64,000 bases of DNA from Amoebidium appalachense (lineage: Eukaryota; Protista; Ichthyosporea). Every line of letters begins with the position of its first letter. Position 1 is the stretch's first letter. Positions 61,702 through 64,000 of this stretch are shown here, one piece after another. The stretch spans positions 8,435,355 to 8,499,354 of the forward strand of contig CAVNZM010000006.1 in the NCBI GenBank assembly GCA_963693365.1, given 5' to 3'. The notes under the pieces are model-generated. The model did not search any database and was not told the DNA's origin. It saw only the letters and a program-made list of their open reading frames with translations. A program made the translations under genes and the position numbers.

Positions 61702-61966
61702 TGAGAAAGAGAGAGAGAGAGAGAGGAACCGCAGGCGTACAACTGACTACGCACACGCAACAAGACCATAATGCCTCAGACATGTTTCAGCAGGTACGAT
61801 AGCGGCGGTACGCACGAGCCTGAAATGGTGCATGCACTTTGTACACGCACCTACGTAGCTTCATTAGTTCGTTAAACCGCTACTAATGAAGTAGATCTGG
61901 ATATCCGTAGATTAGCGAGAAAAGATATGTATACGCATACATACGTACGTATGTTTTCTCGCCAAC

Positions 61967-62055
<89 letters not shown>

Positions 62056-62076
62056 GGAGGGAGAGGAGAGAGAGAC

Positions 62077-62125
<49 letters not shown>

Positions 62126-62223
62126 TAGAGAGAGTGTGTGTGTGTGTGTGTGCGTGTGGGTCATGTGTACACGCGCACGTGTGCGTGTGTGCGTGTGTAT
62201 GTTTGTATGTATGTGTGTGCTTT

Positions 62224-62263
<40 letters not shown>

Positions 62264-62267
62264 TGTG

Positions 62268-62332
<65 letters not shown>

Positions 62333-62706
62333 TGCACGCTAACGAGGTCTGCACATGTACACTTCAGCAGTGGATTATCGATAGAGTACATACATGTAAA
62401 TGCATAGCCAGCCTGAGCATATGCATAATAAAGTGCCCTTTAAGTTACCAGTCCCCAGGGGGAGGGCCGAGAGTGGGGGGTTCAAGGGGTAGAGAGGTGG
62501 GAGTGGGGGGGGGGGGGGGGGGGGGAGAGCGGACAGTCGGAGATCAGTGATCGGTCTTGCATTTTCCCATAGGGGAGGTGATTTCAACCCCCCCCCCCCC
62601 CCCCCCCCTCCTCCCCCTCCCACCCTCCGGCCCGGGGTCCCCGACCTTGGCTACCATATGCACTCCAACCGACAGTCCCCCCCCGCCCCCCCCCACACAC
62701 ACACAC

Positions 62707-62759
<53 letters not shown>

Positions 62760-63698
62760 CACACACACGCACGCACACACATATTACGCACACGCACAGA
62801 GAGAGAGGGGCCGCACACACTCACACTCAGACACATTCTAGTGTGTGCATCTGCGTATAGTAGTACTCACAGACAGAGTGTTTTCTCTTATAATTTGAGC
62901 ACTCACTGTTGGCTCTATCTCTCTCTTCCTCCTTCTCCGCTCCTCCCCTTCAACCCCCCCCCCCCCCCCCTCTCTCCCCGCGCCACCCGCCCCTCCCCCC
63001 CCCCCCCCCCCTCTCCCTTCCCCCCTCCCCCTCCCCCCAACCCTTCCCCAACCATCCCCATCCCCTCCAACATCGTTCTTCTGGCTCCTGGGTTGTGCTG
63101 TAAACCCACCTCCCTCCAGCCAATATTTGTGAACAACCAAAACACCAAACAGCTACCTTACAATGACCCGTCGCGATTTCAGTGCCACAACCGGGCGACA
63201 AGCCAAATGCGAAAGCCCATTGCAATTTCACATTCCCCGCCAATGCCATTGCAATTTCAGTGGGCGCGAAACATGCGTGCACGTGTACACGTACGGGAGG
63301 TACACTGGTAGTCTACACTCGTCTCTTGAGTAGTATAGACACATGCTTGGATTAGCCACTCGCGCCGAAGCCGGGTATAGGTAGCTCTAGATCTTGTTTT
63401 TCGAATGAGGCGTAAGAGAATAGATTGACACAAGGAGCCAAAGCCGGCGTTTCCACTCTATAATTACGTCTTGCTAACGAGGGCATTCCAGGGTCAAAGT
63501 GTCTAATTAGTTTCACTTTTACGTTAGTACTTGCCCAGCATTGGCAGCTGCATGAGCGTAAGCGTCGTACTTCTCTTTTACAATTATACCTGTCAAGTTA
63601 AAGACCCAGTTACTTGGGCAGCTGATGAAGCAACTCTAAACAACTCTATAAACAACTCTAAACAACTATCAAGTTAAAGGAACACGTAAACATCATTA

Positions 63699-63899
63699 AT
63701 GACGATGGCGGGCGAAGTAACGAAGACGAAAACTTCAGCAAAGGGGCTGCAATCCAAGAACACAGGCAAAGCACGAGTAGGCGTCGTTAAAACGGAAAGG
63801 GGAAAAAAAGAGAAAAATACGGAAGAATTGAAGGTGACAGGAGGGGACAAGAAACCCGCCCTCCCATCGAAGAAAGTGGCAGAAAAGAAAGAGGTCAAG
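63699..63899 (+). CDS. First coding exon (Lys-rich) of a gene continuing beyond the window
   Basis: ATG-initiated 67-codon frame ending GTCAAG|gtatgt, a canonical donor. Confidence 0.6.
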
Positions 63900-64000
63900 G
63901 TATGTATTTCTTGTGTGTGTGTGTGAGGGGGGGGAGGGGGGGGGAGGGGGGGGGGGGGGAGGGGGGCTCTTTTGCGCGGGCGCTTGTGCTATCTTTCTCT

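Noticed and set aside
63355-63392. Possible second Helitron 3' end (GCCGAAGCCGGG...CTAG)
   Set aside because: The hairpin is imperfect and CTAG is followed by A rather than T.

Overview
Eukaryotic nuclear DNA with spliceosomal introns, very rich in poly-G/poly-C, (CA/TG)n and (GA/TC)n tracts. Most ORFs in the supplied track are microsatellite artefacts, and some homopolymer frameshifts may be assembly errors. Supported content: (1) a ~3.9 kb piggyBac-family element (489-4387) with an intact 677-aa transposase, apparent non-canonical TGAT...ATCA ends and an AGAG duplication; (2) a single-exon Ser-rich orphan ORF (13031-14215); (3) a probable non-autonomous Helitron; (4) a ~19 kb multi-exon + strand gene with TOPOVIBL/MTOPVIB-like motifs and a repeat- and TQ-rich tail, whose introns carry two TTAA piggyBac MITEs and other small repeats; (5) a decayed LINE 3' fragment; (6) a six-exon ~1,540-aa DUF6729-type DDE/DxxH transposase with a complete WRN-type DEDDy 3'-5' exonuclease inserted inside its catalytic core, facing a convergent spliced ORF, which is the main novelty candidate; (7) a block-conserved ~150-bp element present twice in opposite orientation; (8) a ~0.85-kb tandem repeat; (9) a membrane-anchored ricin-B lectin gene; (10) the first exon of a further gene at the right edge. 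All family assignments come from motif recognition by eye; no database searches were run.
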